Below are positions 1-11,081 of a stretch of 33,038 nucleotides of DNA, in pieces. Every line of letters begins with the position of its first letter. Positions within the stretch are counted from its first letter, which is position 1. The DNA is taken from the NCBI RefSeq assembly GCF_004010195.1, contig NC_057750.1, positions 17,949,098 to 17,982,135 of the forward strand. Reading direction: 5' to 3'. The position numbers and the translations under genes are program-made. The notes beneath the pieces are model-generated. The model made no database searches and was not told the origin of the DNA. It was given only the letters and a program-made list of their open reading frames with translations. The DNA comes from Chiloscyllium plagiosum. Lineage: Eukaryota.

Positions 1-1135
1 TACTTGGATTTTAGTAAGGCATTTGATAAGGTTCCCCATGGTAGGCTTATGCGGAAAGTCAGGAGGCATGGGATAGAGGGAAATTTGGCCAATTGGATAG
101 AAAACTGGCTAACCGGTCGAAGGCAGAGAGTGGTGGTAGATGGTAAATATTCAGCCTGGAGCCCAGTTACAAGTGGAGTTCCGCAGGGATCAGTTCTGGG
201 TCCTCTGCTGTTTGTAATTTTTATTAATGACTTAGATGAGGGAGTCGAAGGGTGGGTCAGTAAATTTGCAGATGATACGAAGATAGGTGGAGTTGTGGAC
301 AGTGAGGAGGGCTGTTGTCGGCTGCAGAGGGGCTTAGATATGATGCAGAGCTGGGCTGAGGAGTGGCAGATGGGGTTCAACCCTGCCAAGTGTGAGGTTG
401 TCCATTTTGGAAGAACAAATAAGTATGCGGAATACAGGGTTAATGGTAGGGTTCTTAGTGAGGTTGAGGAACAGAGGGATCTTGGGGTCTATGTACATAG
501 ATCTTTGAAGGTTGCCACTCAGGTGGATAGAGTTTGTAAGAAGGCCTATGGAGTATTATCGTTCATTAGCAGAGGGATTGAATTCAAGAGTCGTGAAGTG
601 ATGTTGCAGCTGTACAGGACTTTGGTTAGGCCACAGTTGGAGTACTGTGTGCAGTTCTGGTCGCCTCACTTTAGGAAAGATGTGGAAGCTTTGGAGAGGG
701 TGCAGAGAAGATTTACCAGGATGTTGCCTGGAATGGAGAATAGGTCGTACGAGGGTAGGTTGAGAGTGCTAGGCCTTTTCTTGTTGGAACGGCGAAGGAT
801 GAGGGGTGACTTGATAGAGGTTTATAAGGTGATCAGAGGAATAGATAGAGTAGACAGTCAGAAACTTTTTCCCCGGGTACAACAGAGTGTTACAAGGGGA
901 CATAAATTTAAGGTGAAGGGTGGAAGGTATAGGGGAGATGTCAGGGGTAGGTTCTTTACCCAGAGAGTGGTGGGGGCATGGAATGCGCTGCCTGTGGGAG
1001 TGGCAGAGTCAGAATCATTGGCGACCTTTAAGCGGCAATTGGATAGGTACATGGATGGGTGCTTATGCTGGGACAAATGTTTGGCACAACATCATGGGCC
1101 GAAGGGCCTGTTCTGTGCTGTATTGTTCTATGTTT
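1..1135 (+). mobile_element. Young CR1 LINE, RT domain and 3' end of ORF2 (continues upstream of window)
   Basis: Stop-free frame: YLDFSKAFDKVPH, GVPQGSVLGPLLF, FADD, LEYCVQFWSP. CR1 3' end gggccgaagggcctgttctgtgctgtattgttctatgtt. Confidence 0.95.
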
Positions 1136-1139
1136 GCTG

Positions 1140-1430
1140 AACACTGGCCCCAGCTGTTTGCAATTCAGACTGTCCCAATGGCATTTTCCCTAGTGCTAGC
1201 ATATATTAACTTCAAACTGCAAAATTTGTTTCTCAGATGCAATTTATTCAATACCAGGTTGCATCTTGGCTGAAGTACTAATCAAGAGATTACTACCTTA
1301 GAGGTTCTGCATCTTAAACTTCGTGACGAGCTCTTGATACCAACTATGTAGAAACATTGTTGCCTATATCACTGGCAGCTACACAGACCACAACAACAGG
1401 ATCACTCCCCCACTGCTAAATTCCTTTTTA
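1140..1430 (-). mobile_element. Degenerate CR1 ORF1 (esterase-like) fragment
   Basis: Minus strand reads GSDPVVVVCVAASDIG, similar to the VHIGTNxIG ORF1 segment at 26840-27000. Confidence 0.5.
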
Positions 1431-1496
1431 AATAACCCAAATATGGCAAGGGCAGACTGGGGAGTCGTGATAGTGGATAGGCAATTGATTTATATT

Positions 1497-1586
1497 CTAG
1501 ATTAGAGTGGTGCTGGAAAAGCACAGCAGGTCAGGCAGCATCTGAGAAACAGGAAAATTGACGTTTCGGGCAAAAGCCCTAGACCT
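1497..1586 (-). mobile_element. PLE-terminus-derived mini-insertion with 5'-truncated hammerhead
   Basis: Minus strand: agggcttttgcccgaaacgtca...gatgctgcctgacctgctgtgcttttccagcaccac. Direct repeat gatttatatt at 1487-1496 and 1591-1600. Confidence 0.75.
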
Positions 1587-2328
1587 AATGGATTTATATT
1601 ATCAAACATGACTTATAACAAATATTCATTCCTACCTGGTGCAAAATAAATGAGGAAAGGGGGCTCAATCATGGCTTACAAAATAAATGGTGGCACTCTG
1701 GCCAGAAGAAACACAAAATTGCAAGAAAAAGTTATAAACTTGATGATTGGAGTATTTTAGAATTCAGCAAAAGAGGACAAAAATAATCATACAGAAATAT
1801 TAACAAACCAAGGGTTTAGTGACAGTGCAGAATTGAAGGAAATAGAGTGTAAGAAACTGGTGCTGTTGAAGTGAATGGGATTAAAGGCTGACAAATAACC
1901 AGGACCTGATAGTCTACAATCCAGAGTGTGAAAGGAAGTGGTCCTGGAAATACTGGATGCATTGGTGGCCATCATTCAAAATTCTATAGACTCTGAAGCA
2001 GTTCCTACATTGGGAGGTGGCAAATGTAATCCTACTTAAAAAGGGAGACAGGGCGGTAAAAGTTAATTATAGACCAGTTGGCCTAATATCAGTACTGGGA
2101 AAAATTCTAGATGTCATTATAAAACAAGTGAGAATAGAAGATTTGGAAAACAGCAACAGGATTGGACAAAGCCAGCATAGCATGAGTTTATGAGATGGAA
2201 AATACATTTCATAAATGTACTGGAATTCTTTTTCTGATGGGCCTTATCAAAGGACTTCTGACGATGTGGTTAGTAGAACAGAAGAGGACAGTGGGCAAAG
2301 TTAAATTATTTGAATAATATATTCAAAT

Positions 2329-2672
2329 GGGTAGCACGGTGGCACAGTGGTTAGCACTGCTGCCTCACAGCGCCAGAGACCTGGGTTCAATTCCCGCCTC
2401 AGGCGACTGACTGTGTGGAGTTTGCACATTCTCCCAGTGTCTGCGTGGGTTTCCTCCGGGTGCTCCGGTTTCCTCCCACAGTCCAAAGATGTGCAGGTCA
2501 GGTGAATTGGCCATGCTAAATTGCCTGTAGTGTTAGGTAAGGGGTAAATGTAGGGGCATGGGTGGGTTGCGCTTCGGCGGGTCGGTGTGGACTTGTTGGG
2601 CCGAAGGGCCTGTTTCCACACTGTAAGTAATCTAATCTAAAAAGAAAATCTAATCTAATCTAATCTAATCTA
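2329..2672 (+). mobile_element. HE1-like tRNA-derived V-SINE
   Basis: A box tggcacagtgg, B box ggttcaattcc, core tgtgtggagtttgcacattctcc, CR1-like 3' end gggccgaagggcctgtttcc, (TCTAA)n tail. Highly similar to the copies at 3965 and 6430. Confidence 0.92.
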
Positions 2673-3224
2673 TATTGTGGGGATCAAGAATTGGTTGACA
2701 AACAGGAAACAGAGTGCAAATGAATGGGTACTCTTCAAAGAGCAGGCAACGACTAGCGAGCATCAGTGCTTGGGTTATTCACGATATTGAAGTTACCTGG
2801 ATGAGGGAGCCAAAGTTTTCTAACAACAAAACTGAGTGGATTGAGAGCTGGGAGGAGTGTAAAAGGAAGCTTTAAGGTGATTTAGATAAGTTGAGTGAGT
2901 GCGCAAAGAAGTTATGAAAAACAGAAAAGGAGGATTATTTTTTAAAATGGTGATATATTGGAAAGTGTTGACATACAAAATGATCTGGGTGCCCTTGTAC
3001 ACTAGTCAATAAAATAAACAGGCAGGTGCAGCAAGCAATTGGGAAAGCAAATGATACATTGGTTTCATTACAAGAGCATTTAAAGTCAGAAATGTGATGG
3101 ACGCTCATGAGGCCAATTCTGAGGGTGGCAAGACTATCTTGTGAGAAGAGATAGTTTTAAATGGTCTTGTATTTACTAGAATTTAGAAGGATAAGGTGGC
3201 ATATGACTGAAATATATAAAATTT

Positions 3225-3513
3225 GAAGTCCAGAACTAGAGAGCATAGGTTTAGGGTGAGGGGGGAAAGATATAAAAGAGACCTGCAGGGCAACCTTTTC
3301 AAGCAGAGGGTGGTACGTGTATGGAATGAGCTGCCAGAGGAAGTGGTGCAGGCTGGTACTATTGCAACATTTAAAAGGCATTTGGATGGGCATATGAATA
3401 GGAAGGGTGGAGAGGGATATGGGCCGGGTGCTGGCAGGTGGGATATCTGGTCAGCATGGACGGGGTTGGACCGAAGGGTCTATATCTATGCTGTACATCT
3501 CTATGATTCTATG
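3225..3513 (+). mobile_element. 5'-truncated younger CR1 3' fragment
   Basis: SRTREHRFRVRGERYKRDL...QRVVRVWNELPEEVV; tail ctgtacatctctatgattctatg. Same family as 12136, 14858, 25802, 30573. Confidence 0.9.
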
Positions 3514-3964
3514 GCTAGACAGAATAGATGTTGCTGTAGTTGGGTTTCTAGAAGAAGAGGGGTCAGTTTCAGGATAAGGGTAGACAATTTAAGACTGAGC
3601 TAAAAATAACTTTCACTCAAAGGGTTTTGAAGCTGTGGAATTTTCTACCACAGAAGGCAGTGGACATTAAGTAGCAAGAGGAGAATGTGTGAACATAATA
3701 TTGAGATAGAGCATCAACCATGATCAAATTGAATGGCAGAGCAGTTTCAATGAGCCAAACATCCTAATCTTACTCCTGTTCTCTAAATTGCCCTCAGCCA
3801 TCTTCTTGAACTGCTACAGCCCCTGTGCTGTAGGTATACTCACTGTTACGTTAGCAAGGGAATCTTGAATTTTTCACCCAGTGACGTTGAAAGAATGGTG
3901 ATACAGTTTCAAGTCACAGTCCATGTACTATATACAAGATAAACTGGGTGGTACGGTGGCAGTA

Positions 3965-4306
3965 GGCAGCACGGTGGCACAGTGGTTCGCACTGCTGCCT
4001 CACAGCGCCAGGGACCCGGGTTCAATTCCCGCCTCAGGCGACTGACTGTGTGGAGTTTGCACATTCTCCCCGTGCCTGCGTGAGTTTCCTCCAGATGCTC
4101 CGGTTTCCGCCCACAGTCCAAAATTGTGCAGGTTAGGTGAATTGGCCATGCTAAATTGCCCGTAGTATTAGGTGAAGGGGTAAATGTAGGGGAATGGGTC
4201 TGGGTGGGTTGCGCTTCAGCAGGTCAGTGTGGACTTGTTGGGTCGAAGGGCCTGTTTCCACACTGTAAGTAATCTAATCTAATCTAATCTAATCTAATCT
4301 AATCTA
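3965..4306 (+). mobile_element. HE1-like V-SINE
   Basis: Same structure as 2329-2672 with a pure (AATCT)n tail; preceded by a short duplicated head fragment at 3946-3961. Confidence 0.92.
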
Positions 4307-4424
4307 CTGAAAGTCACAAATGTTTCTTTGACGATACCGTCCCAATCTGCAATCTAGACCACCTAGAAAGACAAGGGCAGCACGTGTATGGATAATATTA
4401 CAATCTGCAAGCCTTCTTCCAAGT

Positions 4425-4890
4425 ACGTGTAGATGTTGCAAATGGTAATACTCCCATACATCTGCTGCCTTGTCTTGAGGTGGAAAACATTGCAGATTTG
4501 GAAAGTATCAAAGGATCATTTGCGACATCCTGTAGTTCATTTTGTATATGGTGCATATTGTTGCCATTGTGCGTCGGTGTTGAAGGGAGTGAATATTTCA
4601 GGTGATAAAGGAGGTGCCAGTCAAGCAGCATGCTTCATCTTAGATGATGTCAAACTTTGCAAGAGCTGATCGAGATGCACTCATCCAGATAAATGACCAA
4701 GTTGTTACTAGTTAAATTTATTTGATAAACGATTCAGCAAATACAACTGTGTCAGGCTGTTGCTCAACTAGTCTTTGGGACAGATCTCCAAATTTTGGAA
4801 CAAGATCCCAAGAGATTGACAGGAGGTTTAATGTGGTGTTGTAGTTTCTGGTGCCTATGTTTCAGTCCTTAGTTTTTTCTGTATGGAGTG
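4425..4890 (-). mobile_element. Degenerate LINE fragment of the family at 27340-31390
   Basis: Reverse complement resembles 30900-31170 (aagctgcttgactggcacc, gacaaggcagcagat). Confidence 0.6.
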
Positions 4891-4899
4891 GATACAACT

Positions 4900-5171
4900 A
4901 AAAGGCTTGCCAGACCATTCCAGAAACAGTTCATAGTCAATACCATTGCTGTGGGTGTGAAAGCCAAATTAAGCAAGGTCAGCAGATTTCCTTCTGGAAG
5001 GGACAATCAGCAATAGTTTCACCGTTATTGTTTCTGATGCAAGCTTTTAATTCAAGAGTTAAGAAGTGAATTTACATTCCACCAGCTGCTGTGAAATCTT
5101 AACTCATGTGCCCCAGTGAAAGTGCCTTAGCCTCTGGATTACCAACCCAATGATCATGCCACTACATCATC
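4900..5171 (-). mobile_element. Degenerate Deu-domain-type SINE (SacSINE1-like)
   Basis: Minus strand shows a tRNA-like head (taatccagaggc...ggggcacatgagtt), cagcagctggtggaatgtaaattca and cccacagcaatgg; recognised from memory only. Confidence 0.4.
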
Positions 5172-6429
5172 TATGGAAAACGGCATCTGGGAAGTTAAAA
5201 ACACAATAAGAGCTGAGACTAAGAGAAGGGAATGTCAGCTAGCATAAAAGGGAATCACAACATAATTTATAGGCAGTTAAATTGCTAAACGGTGGTTAAA
5301 AGGAGATGCAGGACCAAATAGGGACCCAAAAGGAGAATTAGACATGAAAGTTAAACGAATGACTGAGAAACTGAGCACTTTGCTTCAAGATGTCATCACA
5401 TCAAAATAGAATAATTGAGATACTGGCCAGGCTAAAAAGGCGATAAAGAACAAGTTTTAGACAAGTTGTCTGTCCTTGAAATTGATAACTCACTAGATCC
5501 AGTTCAGATGTATGTGAAGATAAATGACGGAAATCAGAATGGAAATGGCAGACACTGGCCATAATCATCTGATCCTCCTCAGATACAGGGGTGTGTCCAA
5601 AGGCTACAGACTTGAAAATAGTATATCTTGTTCAAAGAGGTTCAAAGGACAACCCTAGCAAATATATTTGTCACTTTAACCTTGGTGGTGGGAAGCTTTT
5701 AGAAATGATAATCAAAAATAAAATTCAGAGTCACCGTGGATTAATCAAGGAAAGCAGGTGTGTGAAGATAAAAGGTATTTAACTAATGGAGTTTTTTGGT
5801 AAGGTAGTGGCGACTAGATGGAGAGTAATGCATTTGACATTATGTGCATGAACTTCCAAAAACTCTGATAAAATCTCACATGCCAAGCTTGTCAGCAAAA
5901 TTCAAGTCAATGCAACAAAAGGGATAATGGCAGCATGGATGGGAAATTAGTGCCAGGAATCAAAGAACATTTTGCTGTTCTTAGGAATGGAGAAGGATAT
6001 AGTGCAGGGGTCCGCAAAAGCTCAGTATTCAGATCATTCCACCTTCTTAATTTGTTTGAATGGCTTAGACTTTGCTGTGTACACAGTACAAAACTTGGAA
6101 GTCCTGTGGTTTGAAAGAGTGATAGCGGTAAGACTCCAAGGGGACAAAAGACAAGTTTGTGGAATGGGACCTAGCAGGTAGAATTTAATGTGAGAAGGGC
6201 ATATTTTGGTAGGAGGAATGAGAAGCAATAAAAAAGATGATGAAGGAACTATAAACATAGACAGTCATGGGGGTATATGTGCACAATCACTGAAGGTAGC
6301 AAGGCAGAAAGGAGGAGTGGGGGAAGGATTAAAGATTTGGGTTTTATAAAATAAAGGGCCAGCACGTGAAAGCAAGGAAGTGATGACAAACCTTAACAAA
6401 AGATCGATTTTGCCTTAACTGGAGTAACT

Positions 6430-6757
6430 GGCGGCACGGTGGCACAGTGGTTAGCACTGCTGCCTCACAGCGCTAGAGACCTGGTTTCAATTCCCGCCTC
6501 AGCGAACTGATTGTGTGGAGTTTGCACATTCTCCCCGTGTCTGCATGGGTTTCCTCCGGGTGCTCCGGTTTCCTCCCACAGTCCAAAGATGTGCAGGTCA
6601 GGTGAATTGGCCATGCTAAATTGCCTGTAATGTTAGGTGCAGGGGTAAATGTAGGGGAATGGGTCTGGGTGGGTTGCGCTTCGGCGGGTCGGTGTGGACT
6701 TGTTGGGCCAAAGGGCCTGTTTCCACACTGTAAGTAATCTAATCTAATCTAATCTAA
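6430..6757 (+). mobile_element. HE1-like V-SINE
   Basis: ggcggcacggtggcacagtgg head, V core and (TCTAA)n tail. Confidence 0.92.
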
Positions 6758-7093
6758 GCATTTACAGCCTTAGCTTGGTATCATATGTCCAATTAAGGAG
6801 GAAATAAAGGCAAGGCTGCAAATTATTTACAAAAGGTTACCAGAAATGAGTGATTTCAGTTACAAAGGTAGATTAAACAATTGGAGCTGTTCTTCAACAA
6901 TAGAAGGTTGAGAGGAGATTTGATGGGATTATTCAAAATCATGAAGCATTGGTGCAGGAACCAAAGAACAAGTGAAAGCAATTGTCAAAAGAACCTAAAA
7001 AAAAGTGAACAGGGAGAAACTATTTTCAGAAATTGATTAGGATCTTGAATGTATTACCCAAGAATTTGGTGTATGCAGATTCAATTATGACTT

Positions 7094-7799
7094 TGTTATG
7101 AAGATGTGGGTGTACCTTTAAGACAGTGAAGGACTTGGCAAGTACACCGACTGCTGAAGAATTTACAAAGTAACATTCGATCAAGAACAAGCAGCAGTTG
7201 TTAAGTTGCTATGAGACAAAAAAAACACAAATTCAAATTCAGCTAATCAGTTTAAATTATTCCCCCGAAGAATATCAAACTCCAATCCAGTTTGAATTCA
7301 GTATATTGACAATCTTAAAAGCTAAATGACACAATCCGATGCTTTGGGGGTATAAGACCAGGGAAAATTGAACAGTTGAGAGGAGAACTGATAAGCCCAG
7401 CATGTAAACAGATGGCCTGAAAGTAGCTCTCTTAAAAATACCTTTTCGATCAGGAACCTGTGACGCTGAAATTCCTGAGTAAGAAAAGAAGACACAGGAA
7501 GATCCGAATAGAAGCACGAAAGCTGCCTAGTTTTGAGATAAGAACTGTTGTTTTGTAAACCTTAATTGGGAGTTTTATCGGACTAGTATTACAGAAGGGA
7601 AGGTAAAAGATAGATTAGAGGAAGAAATTATAAATAGTGGTTGGTTATTTATTCTCTGTTATACTTTAAGAAATAAAGTTGTTAATTTTTACTTTAAATA
7701 CATCTTGGTCACTTGGAATTTTACAGATTACTGCATGGCATAAATCTTCTGCGTTGCTGGTTTTAAATTAAACAGGAAGGTTTACACTGTGTCATAACA
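7094..7799 (+). mobile_element. Solo LTR (706 bp), probably Gypsy-type
   Basis: TG...CA ends with a perfect 8-bp terminal inverted repeat tgttatga/tcataaca; TATAA at 7351, AATAAA at 7672. CR1 sequence resumes on both sides; the 4-bp TSD is degenerate (actt/gttt). Confidence 0.8.
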
Positions 7800-8749
7800 G
7801 TTTCAAAACATAATTGAATGATTATCTAATCAGGAAAGATTTACAGGATTATTGGGGGGGGGGGTGCAGTGGTAGGTGGCATCAGCATGATTAGCTGTCT
7901 TGCAGACAGTTAACTTTATTATGTGTGCTGAACACATTCAAGAGAACTAAACTCAACATCTTTGGGCTAGGAAAGGTTCCTGACCATCACCTGATCTCTG
8001 TGAAAGTATAGATGCCCAAATATCAAAAACAGGCAGGACGGAGTTCAATTTTATTTCTGCAGTGGGATGACATGCCAACAGTTGCTTTCTACTATACAAA
8101 AAGAGAGATTCTGGACAGTACCTGCTCCCTTAGAACTAGAATTATTGAACTTGTTCCATTGAGAGAAAATTGACCCATCTGATGATGGATTTATGACTAC
8201 AACTATGACTTCAGCAAATAAAGAAATTTAATTAGTTACACGACTTCAAGGTAATGAATCTAGTTTCTTCGCAAACTCAATTTCTTTTAGGTATTTAATT
8301 TGGCACTACAGGATTTATGCAAGAGTTACAATTATCGCCAAACCAGGCGATGGCGTCAAGATGCACAGTGCCAATCTGCCTAGGTTAGCAGTTTTTCTCT
8401 CACTACTAATTGCAATATGTAAAATCCAGCCTGTATAAGCTTGCAATCCACACTAGTAACACAAAACTTATTATGAAAGTGAAACAAGCTAGAGAACTGG
8501 CACTAAAATACTACAGTCGTCTAATTTGCGAGAGTTCATGCTCACTTTAAGTTGATGAATTAATGCAGTCACAGGAATGTATTTATAAGAATATATGAAC
8601 TCAGCGCAACTCTAGTGAACTACTTGATATTTAAAATTGATTACGGAATTAGAAGAAACACCATAATCACCATATACATTTACAGGGGTGGAACAATCAT
8701 TATTCATTGAAAATTTGAAAAACTATTTGAGACTACATTAGCTACTCAC

Positions 8750-8804
8750 ATCTGGTAGTTGCTGTAACTTCTGCTGGACTTTAGGAGGGAAGGCTGCTGT
8801 CATT
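8750..8804 (-). CDS. WDR62: WDR62-like coding exon (last found), 55 nt, phase 2-0
   Basis: Acceptor ctctttttcctgacag|A, donor GAT|gtgagt. Encodes (R)MTAAFPPKVQQKLQQLPD, resembling RFTHTFPPR of mammalian WDR62. Confidence 0.88.
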
Positions 8805-9661
8805 CTGTCAGGAAAAAGAGTACATTCAGAAAAACATGTGCCTGAAATAACAAGTCTAAAACACATCATTTTAAAGTACTGAATGACCTAAAATTTCCAC
8901 TGAAGAACAATCTTGAATTATCTTGTTTTTCGAAAATAAGTTTCTGATTTTCAACTGTAAAGATGAATTTAAATTAATTTAAAATGTCAATATCCAGTTT
9001 GCTTCAATATGCAGAACAATGAGGTTGGGACTTCTATCAGTAATTTGTGCTGCATTAGCAACTGGCAGGAACACAAATTGACTGAAGTATCCAAGTGAAA
9101 GTGGAGAAGTGAACATTGCTACTGTTTAATCTATTTTAGCAATTTCTGCTGAAAATGTGCATACAGATCATAGGTGAAAAATAAGACTCAGAAACGATGC
9201 CTCTATGTCAAATAATATTCACTCAGAAAAAGACAGCACATATGAAATTCAAGTAGTCTTTCAAAAAGTCAACAATTTGATGCACCTTTAAAGGGACAAT
9301 TCTGCAAATAAATCTTAATCAAATCTATTTTCTATGGGGTCTGGAAGATATGTTGCGTGCAACATCAGATTTTGCATTGGACAATTCAAATTATATAACT
9401 TAAGAGACCAGCAATTCAAGTGGTCAGTCTCAAACTTGAACAGAAATGCCAGAGCTTTAGACAAAGACTTAATGCACTGGAGAAGTAATGCAGTATAATG
9501 CATCAAGAACTTTTAAATTATTAGGCAAATCTCAGACATGATTCAAATCAGTTCTTCAAGTGAACTGTTGTTAAAATATAACCAAAAGTCTGAAGACATT
9601 TGCAAGTTTTTTTTAAGACAATATTAAACTCTAAATATTCTTGGGAAAGTATAACACTAAC

Positions 9662-9782
9662 CTGCTGTTTTTCTGGCAGCGGGACAGAAATCTTGCGGAG
9701 ATACTCAAACGAGGATTCAGGAAGAAATTGCTTTCATTTTCTACATTTGGCTGTAAATCGTTCAGTGTTCCGTCAAATTTCT
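9662..9782 (-). CDS. WDR62: WDR62-like coding exon, 121 nt, phase 1-2 (follows a 94-nt intron)
   Basis: Acceptor ttaatttgcag|AG, donor CAG|gttagt. Encodes (E)KFDGTLNDLQPNVENESNFFLNPRLSISARFLSRCQKNS; NPRLSISxxFLS is the WDR62-type motif as I recall it. Confidence 0.93.
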
Positions 9783-9876
9783 CTGCAAATTAACAAACTG
9801 ATTTTAGTCACTTGCTACAAATAGTTAATAGTCAAAGCGCACCAGCAAAAGAGTCATAATATATGCAGGTTGTTAC

Positions 9877-10044
9877 CATGAGAAAATTCATTAGCCAAGG
9901 TTTCAAAGTTGTGCTTGAGAAATTTTTCCTGGTCTGGTGTTTTTACTGCATGCGACTCCTGTGGAACTGCACAGCATTGCTCCTCCTCTTCCTCCAATCC
10001 AGAAGAATGACCATCAGAACTGAGCTGGCCCACAGAATCAGAAT
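9877..10044 (-). CDS. WDR62: WDR62-like coding exon, 168 nt, phase 1-1
   Basis: Acceptor ctaccctag|AT, donor CATG|gtaaca. Encodes (D)SDSVGQLSSDGHSSGLEEEEEQCCAVPQESHAVKTPDQEKFLKHNFETLANEFSH; TPDQEKFLKHNFETL is the family motif TP(D/E)QExFLxxHFETL. Confidence 0.93.
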
Positions 10045-10180
10045 CTAGGGTAGTTTCATAAAAGATATGGAAAGTATAATTAGGGTTTGCCTGTATCTTT
10101 CTAATTTTTATAATGCACTTCATAGATTCAGACAGTGCAGAAAAGATCGACGGTACATCGAGTCTGCACCAACACAACTA

Positions 10181-10399
10181 CAGGTCATTCTGCTATAATG
10201 TGCGATTCGTTATAGCAAATTTGTGTTAACATGATTGACGAATTGAGGACACTGTTTCTAAAGCACCAAGTTTTAAAGCATGCATTGGCTATAACAGGAT
10301 TCCGGCCCTATTAGTTTAAGTAGTTTTGCTAATACACAATTTTCTTATAACACGGGATTGCATGTAAATGGGACTATCGCGTTATAGCAGAACTGACTG
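10181..10399. mobile_element. TcMar/Tigger-like MITE, family A
   Basis: TA TSD at 10179-10180 and 10400-10401; imperfect TIRs caggtcattctgctataa / ttatagcagaactgactg. Homologous to 12806 and 24251. Confidence 0.85.
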
Positions 10400-10863
10400 T
10401 ACCACTAAAAGCACATCAATCCCAATTTCCCACACTTGTCCCATATCCTTAAATGTTAGGACATATGAAGCACTCATTCAAATTTTTTTTAAAAAAGGTT
10501 TGCATTCCAAATTCCCACCACCTGCTGAGTGAAAAGGCTTTGGTTTCCCCAAATCTCTCAAGTCTCCTGCCACTTAGCCTATAACTATGCCTTCTTCAAA
10601 ATGACTCCTCAATCAATGTGAACAGCTGCTGTCTATTCACCTTGCCTTTACTGCTCAATCATGTCCCCCCTTAGTCTTCTCTAATCGGGAGAGAACAATT
10701 CAAGACTATCTCAATTTCTCCCACCCAGGCGACATCCTGGTGAACCTCCTTTAGTGCTATCACATCCTTCCTATATGGAGCTGACCAGATCCGCACACAA
10801 TAGTCTAGTTGTGGCTTGACCAATGGTCTGTACAACTCCAACATTACCTGTTTGTTCTTGCAC

Positions 10864-11081
10864 TCTGTTCCATGACTGATGAAAGCAAGTGTCCCATATG
10901 CCGTCTTAACTATTGTATTCATGTGCCCTGCCGATTTCAGAGACTGTGAATAATTACCCTAAGATCCTTCTGTTCCACGACTGATGAAAGCAAGTGTCCC
11001 ATATGCCGTCTTAACTATTGTATTCATGTGCTCTGCAGATTTCAGAGACTGTGAATAATTACCCTAAGATCCTTCTGTTCC
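10864..11081. repeat. Tandem duplication, 105-bp period, inside CR1
   Basis: tctgttcc recurs at 10864, 10969 and 11074; the two units differ at 3 positions. Confidence 0.95.

Larger units (their letters stand above)
1640..3785 (+). mobile_element. Old degenerate CR1 LINE, interrupted by a SINE (2329-2672) and a younger CR1 3' fragment (3225-3513)
   Basis: Remnants of KADKxPGPD (1883-1910), NYRPV (2065-2079) and a CR1-type 3' UTR near 3700-3785; many frameshifts. Confidence 0.75.
5175..7930 (+). mobile_element. Old degenerate CR1 LINE, interrupted by a SINE (6430-6757) and a solo LTR (7094-7799)
   Basis: Remnant ORF2 segments such as aaagaggttcaaaggacaaccctagcaa, gaacttccaaaaactctgataaaatctcacat and agaaggttgagaggagatttgat. 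Confidence 0.65.

Noticed and set aside
2329..2400. tRNA gene
   Set aside because: A and B boxes belong to the SINE head; no full cloverleaf or terminator.
2301..2621. 106-aa ORF and the similar ORF at 3909-4121
   Set aside because: Antisense readings of the HE1-like SINE.
8120..8180. Possible further exon downstream of 8750 (atcag|ATG...CAG|gtactg)
   Set aside because: Weak polypyrimidine tract and no recognisable family similarity; unsupported without RNA data.
9854..10177. 107-aa ORF as a single-exon gene
   Set aside because: Only 9877-10044 is bounded by splice sites; the rest is intron read-through.
10875..11000. CTGATGA motifs at 10876 and 10981 as hammerhead cores
   Set aside because: No stem II followed by GAAA and a UH site; they are antisense CR1 coding sequence repeated by the tandem duplication.
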